Positions 17,589 through 29,616 of a stretch of DNA of 64,000 nucleotides are shown piece by piece. Numbering within the stretch: position 1 is the first letter of the stretch; every line of letters begins with the position of its first letter. The notes under the pieces are model-generated. The model did not search any database. It worked only from the letters and a program-made list of their open reading frames with translations, and had not been told where the DNA came from. The position numbers and the translations under genes are program-made. The DNA comes from Gemmatimonadales bacterium (GTDB lineage Bacteria; Gemmatimonadota; Gemmatimonadetes; Gemmatimonadales; GWC2-71-9). The stretch is taken from contig JBDIWC010000006.1 of the NCBI GenBank assembly GCA_039794085.1, positions 14,262 to 78,261 of the forward strand. Direction: 5' to 3'.

Positions 17589-18164
17589 TCAATCGAACGG
17601 GGGGTCTCCCCAGATCCGCCGGAACAGCGCGGGCAGGTCAATCTCCAGCGGCGTGACTACAGGCTCCGGACGCCAGACCAGGATGCCCTCAGCGATGACG
17701 GGCCGGCCGGCCCCCGGGGTCCAGACCTCCACCAGCCGGGCATCGAGATCCACGATCCAGTATGCCGGGATCCCGGAGCGTTGAAAGAGCCGTCTTTTGG
17801 TGACACGGTCGTTCCGGGCCGGGGAGGGGGAGAGGACTTCGACCATCAGAAGGGGAATATGCACATCTGACCAGTCCCGGGGCGGAGTGCCCTCCCTTCG
17901 TGGCACCACGAAGACATCGGGCTGCACCAGGTGACCCGCGTCCAGATCCAGATCGGCGGGGGCAAACAGGACGAGCCCCAGGTGATGGGCAACGACGTGG
18001 GAATCGAGATACCGAACGAGCGCCGCCACCGCGATCTGGTGAAGCGGCCGCGGGCTCGGACTCACAAGGAGCTCGCCGTCCACGAGTTCGTAGCGGTTTC
18101 CGTCGTCGGGGAGGGCGAGCACCTCCTCCCGGGTCCAGTGGCGGGCCACAGCAGGCATACCCAT
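17589..18164 (-). CDS. Uma2 (DUF820) family putative endonuclease, paralogue 2
   Basis: First 38 aa identical to paralogue 1. Same core motifs (QPDVFV, PLLMVEVLSPS, GIPAYWIVDLDARLVEVWTPG). Confidence 0.85.
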   Translation of the reverse strand: MGMPAVARHWTREEVLALPDDGNRYELVDGELLVSPSPRPLHQIAVAALVRYLDSHVVAHHLGLVLFAPADLDLDAGHLVQPDVFVVPRREGTPPRDWSDVHIPLLMVEVLSPSPARNDRVTKRRLFQRSGIPAYWIVDLDARLVEVWTPGAGRPVIAEGILVWRPEPVVTPLEIDLPALFRRIWGDPPFD

Positions 18165-18194
18165 AGGTTACGCTCGGCGACTGAGAGGAGGCAA
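18165..18194 (-). promoter_or_regulatory. Conserved Uma2 promoter-like element (TTGCCT-N18-TAACCT)
   Basis: Minus strand reads TTGCCTcctctcagtcgccgagcgTAACCT|ATGGGTATG. Confidence 0.4.
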
Positions 18195-18341
18195 GTCCGA
18201 AGGATGCGGGCCGGATCAATCCATCGAGGTCCTGGGACAGTCCCACCCACCGGGGAGGGTGGCGCGCTCCTCCTGTCTCCCACATTCTTCTGTCCCGGAC
18301 ACCCATGTCCCGCTCACCAACCAGAGAACCCGGCAGCCCGC

Positions 18342-20426
18342 ATGGTCACATCTCCACCCCACCCCGTCTACAGCGACACCGACGCCGAGGCCATGCTCTC
18401 CCGGTGGTCACCCCGATGGGGCGAGGACCTGGCTCTTCGGGTCTACACTTCACGACTCCTGGGTGGTGACCCTTCCCTGGTGCTCCATGGCGGCGGCAAC
18501 ACGTCCGTCAAGACCGTCGTGCGGGACCTGGCGGGGGAACCGGTCGACGTGTTGTACGTCAAGGGCAGCGGGTCGGACCTGTCGGCCATCGGCCCCGAGG
18601 GCTTTCCGGCCTGCCGTCTCGGTCCCCTCCTCCGGTACTGCCAGCTCTCCTCCCTGACCGACGAAGAGATGGTGGCGGGACTGAGGAGCCAGATGCTCGA
18701 CCCGGGAAGCCCGACCCCCAGTGTCGAGGCCCTGCTGCACGCGCTCCTCCCCGGCCGGTTCGTGGACCACACGCACGCGGATGCGGTCCTGGCGGTGCAG
18801 GATCAACCGAACGCCCGGGACCTGGCGGAGCAGATCTGGGGGCCGTCCTTTCTCTTCATCCCCTACGTCATGCCCGGCTTCGTGCTGGCGCGGCGCGTGG
18901 CGGACCTCGCCTCATCCTTCGACGGGATCCAGGGGCTGATTCTGGAACAGCACGGGATCTTCACGTGGGGTGACACCGCGCGCGAGAGCTACGAACGGAT
19001 GATCGCGGGAGTCGTGGCCGCGGAGAAATGGCGCACTGCTTCGCGTCCCCCCACGGTCATGCCGACCACCACCGTTCCTGATCCTGCGGCACGACACGCG
19101 ACCCAACGGTATCTTGCCCCCCTGGTCCGGGGAGTGCTGGCCACCCATGCCCAGGGAAGACATTTCATCACGACGTGGCGGGACGACCCCGCGATTCTCG
19201 CCCTGGCCAACCGGCCTGACGGTCCCGATCTCACCGCCCGGGGAACGGTCACTCCGGATCATGTGATCCGCACCAAGCCTCGCCCCCTCTGGCTTCCTCC
19301 CCCCGAGGGCGACGCCCCGCCTCCTCGAGCTCTCATCGAGAGTGCCGTGGCGGAGTATGCCGACTGGTATCGGGAGTACTGTGCCCGCGGCATGTCGCGG
19401 GCGGGCCGCCCTCTCACCCCGCTCGATCCCCTTCCGCGAGTGATTCTGGTGCCCGGGCTCGGCGCCCTGACCGTCGGGCGCACGGTCACCGACGCGCTGG
19501 TGGCCGGAGACATCTTCACCCGTGCCGCGGCGGTGATGCAGGAGGCCGAAGGCGTGGGACGGTATCACCCGGTGAGTGAGACCGACCTCTTCGACGTGGA
19601 GTACTGGAGTCTGGAACAGGCCAAACTGGCCCGGGGAGTGCAGGAGGGGCCGCTGGCAGGACGCATCGCTCTGGTGACCGGTACCGCCGCCGGCATCGGG
19701 CGTGCGACCGCGGAACACCTCCTCGTCCTCGGTGCCCACGTGCTGCTGACCGACAGGGACCCGACGGCTCTGGGGGACACGGCCGACACCCTTCGGAACC
19801 GACACGGCCGCCGGGTGGCCGCCGCCCCATGCGACGTCACCGACCGCGGGGCAGTCTCCCGTGCCGTGGAGATCGCCATCGACACGTTCGGCGGAGTGGA
19901 CATTCTCGTCTCCAATGCGGGGACCGCGCCCTCCGGGTTGCTCCACACGCCACCGGGGGAGACGGCGCTCGAACACTCGCTGGACATCAATCTCCTGGGC
20001 CACCAACGAGTGGCGCATGCCGTGGCCCGTGTGCTGCTCGCCCAGGGGTGCGGAGGCTGCCTCCTCTTCAACGCGTCGAAGAGTGCCGTCAACCAGGGTC
20101 CCGAGTTCGGACCCTACGCGATTCCGAAGGCGGGAGTGCTGGCCCTCATGCGGCAGTATGCGGTTGATCTGGGCCCCCATCGAATCCGATCCAACGCCGT
20201 CAACGCCGATCGGATCCGCACCGGCCTCTTTGGAGACGGGGTGCTCGAGGCACGGGCCCGGGCTCGGGGCGTGTCCCCCGAGGACTACTTCCAGCAGAAT
20301 CTCCTCCGCCGCGAGACCACCGCGCGGGATGTGGCCGAGGCGTTTGGATGGCTTGCCACGGCGGAGGCCACGACGGGGTGTTTTGTGACGGTGGACGGGG
20401 GCAACGCGGCGGCCTTTCCGCGGTGA
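18342..20426 (+). CDS. Bifunctional class II aldolase/adducin-domain + short-chain dehydrogenase (rhamnulose-1-P aldolase/SDR-like)
   Basis: Start MVTSPPHPVYSD... LVLHGGGNTSVK aldolase N-terminal half. C-terminal SDR with TGTAAGIGRAT and YAIPK (YxxxK). The longer ORF from 17931 overlaps a Uma2 gene. Confidence 0.8.
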   Translation: MVTSPPHPVYSDTDAEAMLSRWSPRWGEDLALRVYTSRLLGGDPSLVLHGGGNTSVKTVVRDLAGEPVDVLYVKGSGSDLSAIGPEGFPACRLGPLLRYCQLSSLTDEEMVAGLRSQMLDPGSPTPSVEALLHALLPGRFVDHTHADAVLAVQDQPNARDLAEQIWGPSFLFIPYVMPGFVLARRVADLASSFDGIQGLILEQHGIFTWGDTARESYERMIAGVVAAEKWRTASRPPTVMPTTTVPDPAARHATQRYLAPLVRGVLATHAQGRHFITTWRDDPAILALANRPDGPDLTARGTVTPDHVIRTKPRPLWLPPPEGDAPPPRALIESAVAEYADWYREYCARGMSRAGRPLTPLDPLPRVILVPGLGALTVGRTVTDALVAGDIFTRAAAVMQEAEGVGRYHPVSETDLFDVEYWSLEQAKLARGVQEGPLAGRIALVTGTAAGIGRATAEHLLVLGAHVLLTDRDPTALGDTADTLRNRHGRRVAAAPCDVTDRGAVSRAVEIAIDTFGGVDILVSNAGTAPSGLLHTPPGETALEHSLDINLLGHQRVAHAVARVLLAQGCGGCLLFNASKSAVNQGPEFGPYAIPKAGVLALMRQYAVDLGPHRIRSNAVNADRIRTGLFGDGVLEARARARGVSPEDYFQQNLLRRETTARDVAEAFGWLATAEATTGCFVTVDGGNAAAFPR

Positions 20427-21180
20427 CCTTGGCGATTCGTGTCCGGCGCGGCCTCTTTTGCCACCGGAGTCCATAGATCGTGACGCCCGGCACCAGCACC
20501 ACACGGCGCTGAAAGGGAGCGAACCCCGGGCGTACCAGAAACACGCCGAGCTCCGGCGCCAGGCCTCGGTCCATGCCTCCAAGGCGAAGGCCCAGAAACG
20601 CGCCAACCGCTTGCATCGTGCGGGATTCTCGTGTTGCACCCGAGAAGACTCGTTCCAGGCCCAGGGGTCTGTTGCCCGCGCCGCTGAGCAGAGCTCGCAC
20701 CCCCCCGTAGGGGGTCACGCTCCCCCTCTCCGATCCCGACACCGTGACCGTGGCCCCGGCATGGGGCTTCCCCTCGAACGTCACACCCACGGCCCCCTCG
20801 ACCGCCGCGGCAAGGCCCTGAATCCCCTCTCCCATCACCTGCCGGCGCACCGAGACGATCAGGGCGGACGGAAGGCGCACGCCGATGTCGGTCCGGGCAT
20901 CGATCGGCCAGCGCACGGCCACTTCGGGCCACGGGAAGGGGGCGGAGATGCTGTCCCTCAGGAATGCCGCGGGGGAAAGCCCGGAGATGGTGATGCTGCG
21001 TTGGACTGTCCCCTGTGGCACTGGCCGTGCCGTGAGGCCGGAGGTATAGGGCATGCACCCCGTACCCGCCAGCAGATCGAGGAACCACCAAGCCCATGTC
21101 CCTCGACCGGACAGGTGGATTGAGCGCCATCGGCTCCGGGCTCCCCGCCTCGCTCCCGGCTTCCTGGGAATGGACTCCAT
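20200..21180 (-). CDS. Hypothetical lipoprotein; last ~75 codons overlap the convergent aldolase/SDR gene
   Basis: LLAGTGC lipobox at residues 36-42. Alternating beta-strand-like body ends ...VTIYGLRW, then a P/R-rich tail with no stop until 20200. Confidence 0.4.
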   Translation of the reverse strand: MESIPRKPGARRGARSRWRSIHLSGRGTWAWWFLDLLAGTGCMPYTSGLTARPVPQGTVQRSITISGLSPAAFLRDSISAPFPWPEVAVRWPIDARTDIGVRLPSALIVSVRRQVMGEGIQGLAAAVEGAVGVTFEGKPHAGATVTVSGSERGSVTPYGGVRALLSGAGNRPLGLERVFSGATRESRTMQAVGAFLGLRLGGMDRGLAPELGVFLVRPGFAPFQRRVVLVPGVTIYGLRWQKRPRRTRIAKVTAERPPRCPRPPSQNTPSWPPPWQAIQTPRPHPARWSRGGGDSAGSSPRGTRPEPGPVPRAPRLQRGRCGSDRR

Positions 21181-21322
21181 GCCCCAAGCTGCGGGTCATC
21201 CCCTCCCCGGTCGGTGACGCACGTCACGTACCGCGAGGAGTGCCCCCACCAGTGACTCAGGAAGCTCTGATCTGACGCGGCCACCACAGATCGTCATTCC
21301 CGCCACGCGGGAATCCATTTTT

Positions 21323-21538
21323 GACTCGTCAGGCATTGGCATGGGTTCATGGCCAGCCGGAGCACCTCTCCCTACCCCAGAGTCAACCACAAGAAGCACA
21401 AAAGACACAAAACCTTTCGTGCCCCTTGGTAGGCCTCTCCGCGCAGAGGGGCCTGCCTCTTGTGACTTCTGTGCCTCTTGTGGCCATTCCTCTCGCGCCG
21501 CGTGACCATCCGGAGCCCATGCAGAGTCCCCGGAATCC
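21323..21538 (-). repeat. Copy B of the 3x9-mer inverted-array structured repeat (inverted relative to copy A)
   Basis: Arms 21387-21413 (CCACAAGAAGCACAAAAGACACAAAAC) and 21457-21483 (CTCTTGTGACTTCTGTGCCTCTTGTGG). Flanks align to copy A. Central loop ~43 nt versus ~130 nt in A. Confidence 0.7.
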
Positions 21539-21714
21539 AGGGGCGTCCCCTCGCCGTGCGAACAACGCCCGATCGAGGTGTCGTTCACCCCCGCGACACC
21601 CTGAAGAGCGCCCTGTTCTCCTTATTCCTCATTCCTCGTTGGCACGGATCCCGTCTCCCACTTTCGCAGGGACAAGCTTCGCGGGAATGACAATTGATCA
21701 GAGGATTCTCCTTA

Positions 21715-23037
21715 TTAATAGTCTTCGGTCGGGCGCCGGCGGAGACGGTAGATCACCGCACCAATCACCAGTGCGATCCCTCCCGCCACCAGGTTGGCCC
21801 CGGTGGTGCTGGACAGAAAGGTGAGGCTCACCAGGAGCGCGGCCACCGGAATGGTGGGGCCGCCGGGAAGTCGCAGGGCCCCCGGGCGGTGCCCGAAACG
21901 CTTCCGCAGGACCGGCACCGCCGCGGCGGTCCCGATATAGGTGGTGAGCCGGGCGATGATAGAGAGCATGGCGAGTTGAACGAAGGAGCCGGACAGGGCC
22001 AGCACCAGGGCGATTCCGGTCTGGGCGATGATGGCGTTGGCCGGCGTGCGATAGCGCGGATGCACGGCGGCAAAGAGCCGGGGCCCGTACCCGTCGGTGG
22101 CGAGGGCGAAGAGATACCGTGGGCCGATCAGGATGGTGTTGCTGATGTTGCCCAGAATGGAGATCACCGCCCCCACCGTGAGGAAGAGCGCGGCCCAGCT
22201 CCCGGCAAACTGGCCCGCCGACTCGGCGAGCGGCGAGGGGGAGTCCGCCAGACCCGGCAGTGTGCCGAGCGCCACCACCTGCACCAGGGTGTAGAGCACC
22301 GTGATGATGACGATCATCGTGAGCATGGCGAACGGAACGTCCCGGCGGGGATTCCGGTATTCGCCCGCCGCCGCGGGAGCATTCTCGAAGCCGGCATAGG
22401 CGAAGAGGAGGAGGAGGGCGGCCTCGCCCAGGACTCCGGGCCGGGGAGCCTCCAGAGCCGTGACCAGCGACCAATCGACGAAGAAGAGCCCCACCACGAC
22501 GAAGAACACCAGGGGGACCATCTTGATGACCACCAGGGCCACCGCGGTGCGAGCCCCGGAGCGCACCCCCACCACGTTGATCCACGCCAGCAGCGCCAGC
22601 GACCCTGTGATCAGGACGACCCGGAGGATCCCCTCATCTGCGGCGGGCCAGAGGAAGGCGAGCGCCAGCGAGAACCCGTTGGCCAGGGACGCCACCGACG
22701 CGATGCGCGCCAGCCAGGTCATCCATCCGACTTCGAATCCGACGAACGCCCCGAATGCCTCGCGAGTGTAGAGGTACGCCCCACCGGGCCCGTCGAAGTG
22801 GGTGGCGACCTCGGCGAAACAGAGCACCAGAAGCGCCACCGCGAGGCCAGCCAGGATCACCGCCCAGGTGCTCGCGGCCCCCAGAAGCAACGCGGCGGCG
22901 GCCGGCAGGAGATAGACGCCGCTTCCGATCACATCGTTGATCGAGAGCCCCACGAGCTGCCATCGGGACACGGCCCTGATCAATTGGGGTGGCGATGCCC
23001 CCGGATCTGCATTCGTCTGGTCCATTCCCGGATTCAC
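21715..23037 (-). CDS. APC-superfamily amino acid permease
   Basis: 440 aa, about 12 TM. N-terminal LIRAVSRWQLVGLSINDVIGSGVYLLPAAAA is typical of APC/AA_permease_2. Confidence 0.85.
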   Translation of the reverse strand: MNPGMDQTNADPGASPPQLIRAVSRWQLVGLSINDVIGSGVYLLPAAAALLLGAASTWAVILAGLAVALLVLCFAEVATHFDGPGGAYLYTREAFGAFVGFEVGWMTWLARIASVASLANGFSLALAFLWPAADEGILRVVLITGSLALLAWINVVGVRSGARTAVALVVIKMVPLVFFVVVGLFFVDWSLVTALEAPRPGVLGEAALLLLFAYAGFENAPAAAGEYRNPRRDVPFAMLTMIVIITVLYTLVQVVALGTLPGLADSPSPLAESAGQFAGSWAALFLTVGAVISILGNISNTILIGPRYLFALATDGYGPRLFAAVHPRYRTPANAIIAQTGIALVLALSGSFVQLAMLSIIARLTTYIGTAAAVPVLRKRFGHRPGALRLPGGPTIPVAALLVSLTFLSSTTGANLVAGGIALVIGAVIYRLRRRPTEDY

Positions 23038-23141
23038 GATTCGACCTCACAGGCGCGGGGGAAGCACGGGGGGCACCCAGGGAGGGCCCCGGAAGGGAGA
23101 TGAGCCACGGCGCCCCCCTGCCCAGTGGACAAGGGGTCCGG

Positions 23142-25289
<2,148 letters not shown>

Positions 25290-25379
25290 CGATTTCCTTG
25301 CTCAACGGGCTTCCGATCCCGATATTGGGGGTCACCCACTGACACGACGAAGTCCTCTCCATTCGCCGGGGACACCGAC

Positions 25380-27362
25380 ATGGTTCGCCTTCTGGAAGCG
25401 CTCGCCAGCCTTGTCATCCTCACGGTCCTGCTCGCGCTGGGATTGCGGGTGCAGCACGATGGCACACTCCCGGTGCCTGGCATCGGAGATCTGCCATCCG
25501 TTCTGATCCTTCCGGTGCTCGTCGCGCTTGCCATCCTGATCGTGGTGATCACGGGGCATCGCTGGAGGCGACGGGCCCCCGCCGGGGTGTACACCGTCTT
25601 GTTGGTCCTCCCGCTCGCCGTCGGAGGCGCGGTCCGCGGATGGAAGACCTGGACCCAGGTACGCGATCGCATACGGGTCGACGATGGGTATCCCCATTTT
25701 TTCACCCGGGCGAAGACCGAGTTGGAGAATCACGAATTCGCTCTGCGTCTCCTCGCCGCCGCAATCGGCGACCACACACTCGCGACCGGGGAACCCCCTT
25801 CCGATCCTGCTCAGGTCATGGTACCGGCGGAATGGCCTCTGCCCGAGGGATTCCGATTCGGGATCGTGGCCGAGGGCGATCGAACTGTCGCTGTCTGGTC
25901 GAACCGCAACGGCACAACCTGCCAGATCGGTCTCGGACCCCATTGGCAGCACGCGAGTCCAGGTTTCGGATTCACCTGTCATCCCTTTGACTCCGCGCGA
26001 CCGACGTCCTGGGGCGATGTCCAACGCGAACCGGCCTTCGAGAGGACCGACACCTTTGCGAAGTTTCCTTTCTCCCCTTGGCCGCAATACCGTCTCGACC
26101 CCCTGCGGACCGCCACAGTCACTGGCAGCTCTCCCTCCCTCCCCCCTCCTCTCTGGTATGTCACGATCGGGGGTCCGGCACGGGCGAGCCCAAGCGTGTC
26201 AGGTCCCCTCGTCCTCATCGGAACCCACGGCACCGGGGTCCTGGAGGCCCACGACCAACAGACGGGTGACCTCGTGTGGCGAGTCCGCGAGCCCAATTGG
26301 ATTCACCAGGACGCGGTCTCGGATGGCCAGAGGGTTTTCGTGGGCTTCGGCGACAACGCCAAATCCTTCGAGAGCACTGCGCCATCGGGTATCGCTGCTC
26401 ATGATGTGCGGACGGGCAGACGAACCTGGACCCGGTTCGTGGACAACTCGGTCATGACCTCCCCTGTGTTGACGGGGTCCCTCGTGGTCTTCGGGTCAGC
26501 GAAGGGAGATTTTTGGGGCCTCGACAAGGCCACTGGCCAACCCCGATGGGAGGTTCACCTCCCGGGTAACCTGGTCATGGGCCCTCCTCTGCTCATGGGG
26601 GACACCGTGGTCGTCCCCCTCGATCCCCGGGGTATGTGCGCGCTTCTCGCCTCGACGGGAGAGACCCTCTGGTGCACCAAGCTCCCTCGCGTCGGCCTTC
26701 GCCTCGGACACATCTCGCCAGCGGTGGCGATGAATCGTGTCTACGGAACCTTCGGTGTTTACCCCTCCTCGGTTGGCGAAATGCTCTGGGAGTACCGCCA
26801 GAGTTCCCTTTCCATGCTGTGGTCGTTGATGACGACCGGTGTGGATCCTGTCGAGACCCATCAAGTAACCTTCGCTCTGTCTTTGCCCACCGGAGCGCTC
26901 CTGTGGCAAAGCTCCCTGGACGAGAGCCGGTGCTGTAAAGAAGCGGGCCAAGGTGGTCATATGTCCGGTACCCCCGTTCCGGTGGTCGAGGACTCCACGC
27001 TGCTTGTCGTCGATCCCATCTCGAACCGCCTCTACCGCCTCGATGCAATGACCGGGGCCCGCCTCGCCACGAGTGCACCGTTGGGGCTGTACCCGAGAGG
27101 CCCAGCGTTGGTGGTTGACACCACGGTGATCGCCGCTGACCGAAATGGAATCCTTCACGTTCTCGACCGGGACACCTTGCGGGAGCGTTGTCCCATCCCC
27201 CTCGGCGAGCCCTTTGACCGCACCGGGCCAACCCTCGCAAACGGGGCACTCATCCTTGCCGGACGGGCTGGAGGACTCTATTCCATCCCCCTGAACGACG
27301 TCCTCCGCTGCGACCCGACCCTGCCCGACCGCATCGCCCGGTTGAGGGAGGCCGGGACCTGA
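25380..27362 (+). CDS. Membrane-anchored PQQ-like (BamB-type) beta-propeller repeat protein
   Basis: 660 aa. 3-4 N-terminal TM helices, then repeated ...G.L.W... propeller blades (TGDLVWRV, TGQPRWEV, TGETLWCT, TGALLWQS). Confidence 0.7.
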   Translation: MVRLLEALASLVILTVLLALGLRVQHDGTLPVPGIGDLPSVLILPVLVALAILIVVITGHRWRRRAPAGVYTVLLVLPLAVGGAVRGWKTWTQVRDRIRVDDGYPHFFTRAKTELENHEFALRLLAAAIGDHTLATGEPPSDPAQVMVPAEWPLPEGFRFGIVAEGDRTVAVWSNRNGTTCQIGLGPHWQHASPGFGFTCHPFDSARPTSWGDVQREPAFERTDTFAKFPFSPWPQYRLDPLRTATVTGSSPSLPPPLWYVTIGGPARASPSVSGPLVLIGTHGTGVLEAHDQQTGDLVWRVREPNWIHQDAVSDGQRVFVGFGDNAKSFESTAPSGIAAHDVRTGRRTWTRFVDNSVMTSPVLTGSLVVFGSAKGDFWGLDKATGQPRWEVHLPGNLVMGPPLLMGDTVVVPLDPRGMCALLASTGETLWCTKLPRVGLRLGHISPAVAMNRVYGTFGVYPSSVGEMLWEYRQSSLSMLWSLMTTGVDPVETHQVTFALSLPTGALLWQSSLDESRCCKEAGQGGHMSGTPVPVVEDSTLLVVDPISNRLYRLDAMTGARLATSAPLGLYPRGPALVVDTTVIAADRNGILHVLDRDTLRERCPIPLGEPFDRTGPTLANGALILAGRAGGLYSIPLNDVLRCDPTLPDRIARLREAGT

Positions 27363-27553
27363 CCCGCCTCCAAACCACTCCCCGACACCTCCGAACGGGA
27401 TACCCCACACCCACACTCTTGCCGATTACTGCCATTTTGGCGCCTTTCTTCGGTACAGCCGTTGCTTGGAAGACACTCCAGTACGCCGCAGGTGGGCGCA
27501 CATCATGGATGTTGGAGTTATAACTACTTACATTTCAACGGATTGAGAGAGAA

Positions 27554-29476
27554 ATGGCCTCCAAAATCATCGGTATCGACCTGGGTACCACCAACTCGGT
27601 CGTCGCAGTCATGGAGGGTGGGGACCCGGTCGTCATCCCGAACGCCGAGGGAGGCCGGACCACGCCATCCGTGGTGGCGTTCACCAAGGATGGTGAGCGC
27701 CTCGTGGGCCAGGTGGCCAAGCGTCAGGCCGTCACCAACCCGGCGCAGACGATCTTTTCCATCAAGCGGTTCATGGGTCGCATGATGGGGGAGATCACCC
27801 AGGAGGTGAGCCGGGTGCCCTACAAGGTGAGCGCGGCGAAGGGCAGTCTGGCGGCGGTGGAGATCGCCGGCAAGTCCTACACCCCCCCCGAAATCTCCGC
27901 CATGATCCTGCAGAAGATGAAGCAGACGGCGGAGGACTATCTCGGCACGACGGTGGACAAGGCCGTCATCACCGTTCCCGCGTATTTCAACGACGCCCAG
28001 CGCCAGGCCACGAAGGATGCCGGGAAGATCGCGGGACTCGAGGTGCTCCGGATCATCAACGAGCCGACCGCCGCGGCCCTGGCCTATGGCCTGGATCGCA
28101 AGAAAGAGGAGAAGATCGCGGTGTTCGACCTCGGGGGCGGCACCTATGACATCTCGATCCTGGAACTCGCCGAGGGGGTCTTCGAGGTGAAGAGCACCAA
28201 TGGAGACACCCACCTCGGGGGAGACGATTTCGACCAGCGCCTCATCGACTGGCTGGTGGCCGAATTCAAGAAGGACCAGGGGATCGATCTCTCCAAGGAC
28301 GCCATGGCCCTGCAGCGACTCAAGGAGGCGGCCGAAAAGGCGAAGATGGAGCTGTCGAGCACCCAGCAGACCGACATCAACCTCCCCTTCATCACGGCCG
28401 ATCAATCGGGACCGAAGCACCTGAATCTGACCCTCACCCGGGCCAAGTTCGAGCAGCTGGTCGAGGATCTGGTCCAGCGGACCATCCCGCCGATGGAGAA
28501 GGCGCTCAAGGATGCGGGGCTCAAGACCAGCGACATCGACGAAGTGATCCTGGTCGGTGGCTCCACCCGGATTCCGAAGATCCAGGAGATCGTCAAGACC
28601 TTCTTCGGGAAGGAGCCGAACCGGTCGGTGAACCCCGACGAAGTTGTGGCCATTGGCGCCGCCATCCAGGGGGGCGTCCTGGGTGGAGAGGTGAAGGACG
28701 TGCTGTTGCTCGACGTGACCCCGCTTTCGCTTGGCATCGAGACTCTGGGGGGGGTGACCACCGTCCTGATTCCCCGCAACACTACGATTCCGACCAAGAA
28801 GTCGGAGACGTTCTCGACCGCGGAGGACAATCAGACCACGGTGGAGATCCACGTCCTTCAGGGTGAACGCCAGATGGCGGTGGACAACCGGACCATCGGC
28901 AAGTTCCAGCTGACCGGCATTCCACCCGCCCCGCGCGGCATGCCGCAGGTGGAGGTGACGTTCGACCTCGATGCCAACGGCATCCTGCACGTGTCCGCCA
29001 AGGACAAGGCGACGGGCAAGGAGCAGAAGATCCGGATCGAGGCCTCCAGCGGGCTCTCCGACGCCGACATCGACAAGATGGTGAAGGCGGCGGAGGCGAA
29101 CCAGGCCGAGGACAAGGAACGCCGGGACCAGATCGAGGCGCGCAACCAGCTCGATGGCTTGGTGTACCGGGTGGAGAAGGACAGCAAGGAGTGGGTGGAG
29201 CGCCTGACTCCCGAGGTGAAGGGTCGCCTCGATGCGGCACTCGAGAGTGGCAAGAGTGCCCTTCGGACCGGGGAGACCGCGGGAATCCGGACCGCCCTGG
29301 ACGAGTTGAACGCAGCCTACTCCGCGGCCGGGGCGTCGTTGTACGAAGCGTCGACGGCGACCGGGGGTGATGGGGAGGCGCCGTCGGCGGACGCGGGCCC
29401 CGCCGGGGGCGAGGCGTCCCAGGAGGATGTCGTCGAGGCGGATTACGAGATCGTGGACGAGAAGAAGCCGTCCTGA
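27554..29476 (+). CDS. dnaK: Molecular chaperone DnaK (Hsp70)
   Basis: 640 aa. [40 protein letters not shown] signatures. Confidence 0.98.
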   Translation: MASKIIGIDLGTTNSVVAVMEGGDPVVIPNAEGGRTTPSVVAFTKDGERLVGQVAKRQAVTNPAQTIFSIKRFMGRMMGEITQEVSRVPYKVSAAKGSLAAVEIAGKSYTPPEISAMILQKMKQTAEDYLGTTVDKAVITVPAYFNDAQRQATKDAGKIAGLEVLRIINEPTAAALAYGLDRKKEEKIAVFDLGGGTYDISILELAEGVFEVKSTNGDTHLGGDDFDQRLIDWLVAEFKKDQGIDLSKDAMALQRLKEAAEKAKMELSSTQQTDINLPFITADQSGPKHLNLTLTRAKFEQLVEDLVQRTIPPMEKALKDAGLKTSDIDEVILVGGSTRIPKIQEIVKTFFGKEPNRSVNPDEVVAIGAAIQGGVLGGEVKDVLLLDVTPLSLGIETLGGVTTVLIPRNTTIPTKKSETFSTAEDNQTTVEIHVLQGERQMAVDNRTIGKFQLTGIPPAPRGMPQVEVTFDLDANGILHVSAKDKATGKEQKIRIEASSGLSDADIDKMVKAAEANQAEDKERRDQIEARNQLDGLVYRVEKDSKEWVERLTPEVKGRLDAALESGKSALRTGETAGIRTALDELNAAYSAAGASLYEASTATGGDGEAPSADAGPAGGEASQEDVVEADYEIVDEKKPS

Positions 29477-29526
29477 CGCACCGACCGAGGCGACGCTTGC
29501 CGGTCGCCGGGCATCTGAAGGTCTGG

Positions 29527-29565
29527 GAACAACCTCCGGCCCGAATCCTTCCCCGGGGGTTGTTC
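29527..29565 (+). terminator. Stem-loop downstream of dnaK (possible terminator, no U-tract)
   Basis: GAACAACCTCCGG-N13-CCGGGGGTTGTTC, 13-bp stem with one mismatch, 50 nt after the dnaK stop. Confidence 0.3.
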
Positions 29566-29616
29566 GTCAGGGTAGTATTGTAAGGGATTGCGGTCTTCAT
29601 TCAGCAGGCAGGTACT

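Noticed and set aside
20285-21199. Alternative 304-aa minus-strand ORF, and the 221-aa plus-strand ORF 20458-21123
   Set aside because: Both have G/R/P/H-rich junk composition and no signal or motif. The 20200-21180 frame at least has a lipobox and a beta-strand-like pattern.
21295-21320. Hairpin ATTCCCGC-CAC-GCGGGAAT followed by CCATTTTT, considered as a plus-strand intrinsic terminator
   Set aside because: No plus-strand gene ends upstream of it, since the flanking genes are on the minus strand. It is more likely the folded terminus of the inverted-repeat-bounded element described in the findings.
27363-27553. Heat-shock regulatory element upstream of dnaK (CIRCE, HAIR or a sigma-32 promoter)
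   Set aside because: There is no TTAGCACTC-N9-GAGTGCTAA-like inverted repeat. Only a weak CTTGGAA-N14-CCGCAGGT resemblance to a sigma-32 promoter is present, which is not enough to call.
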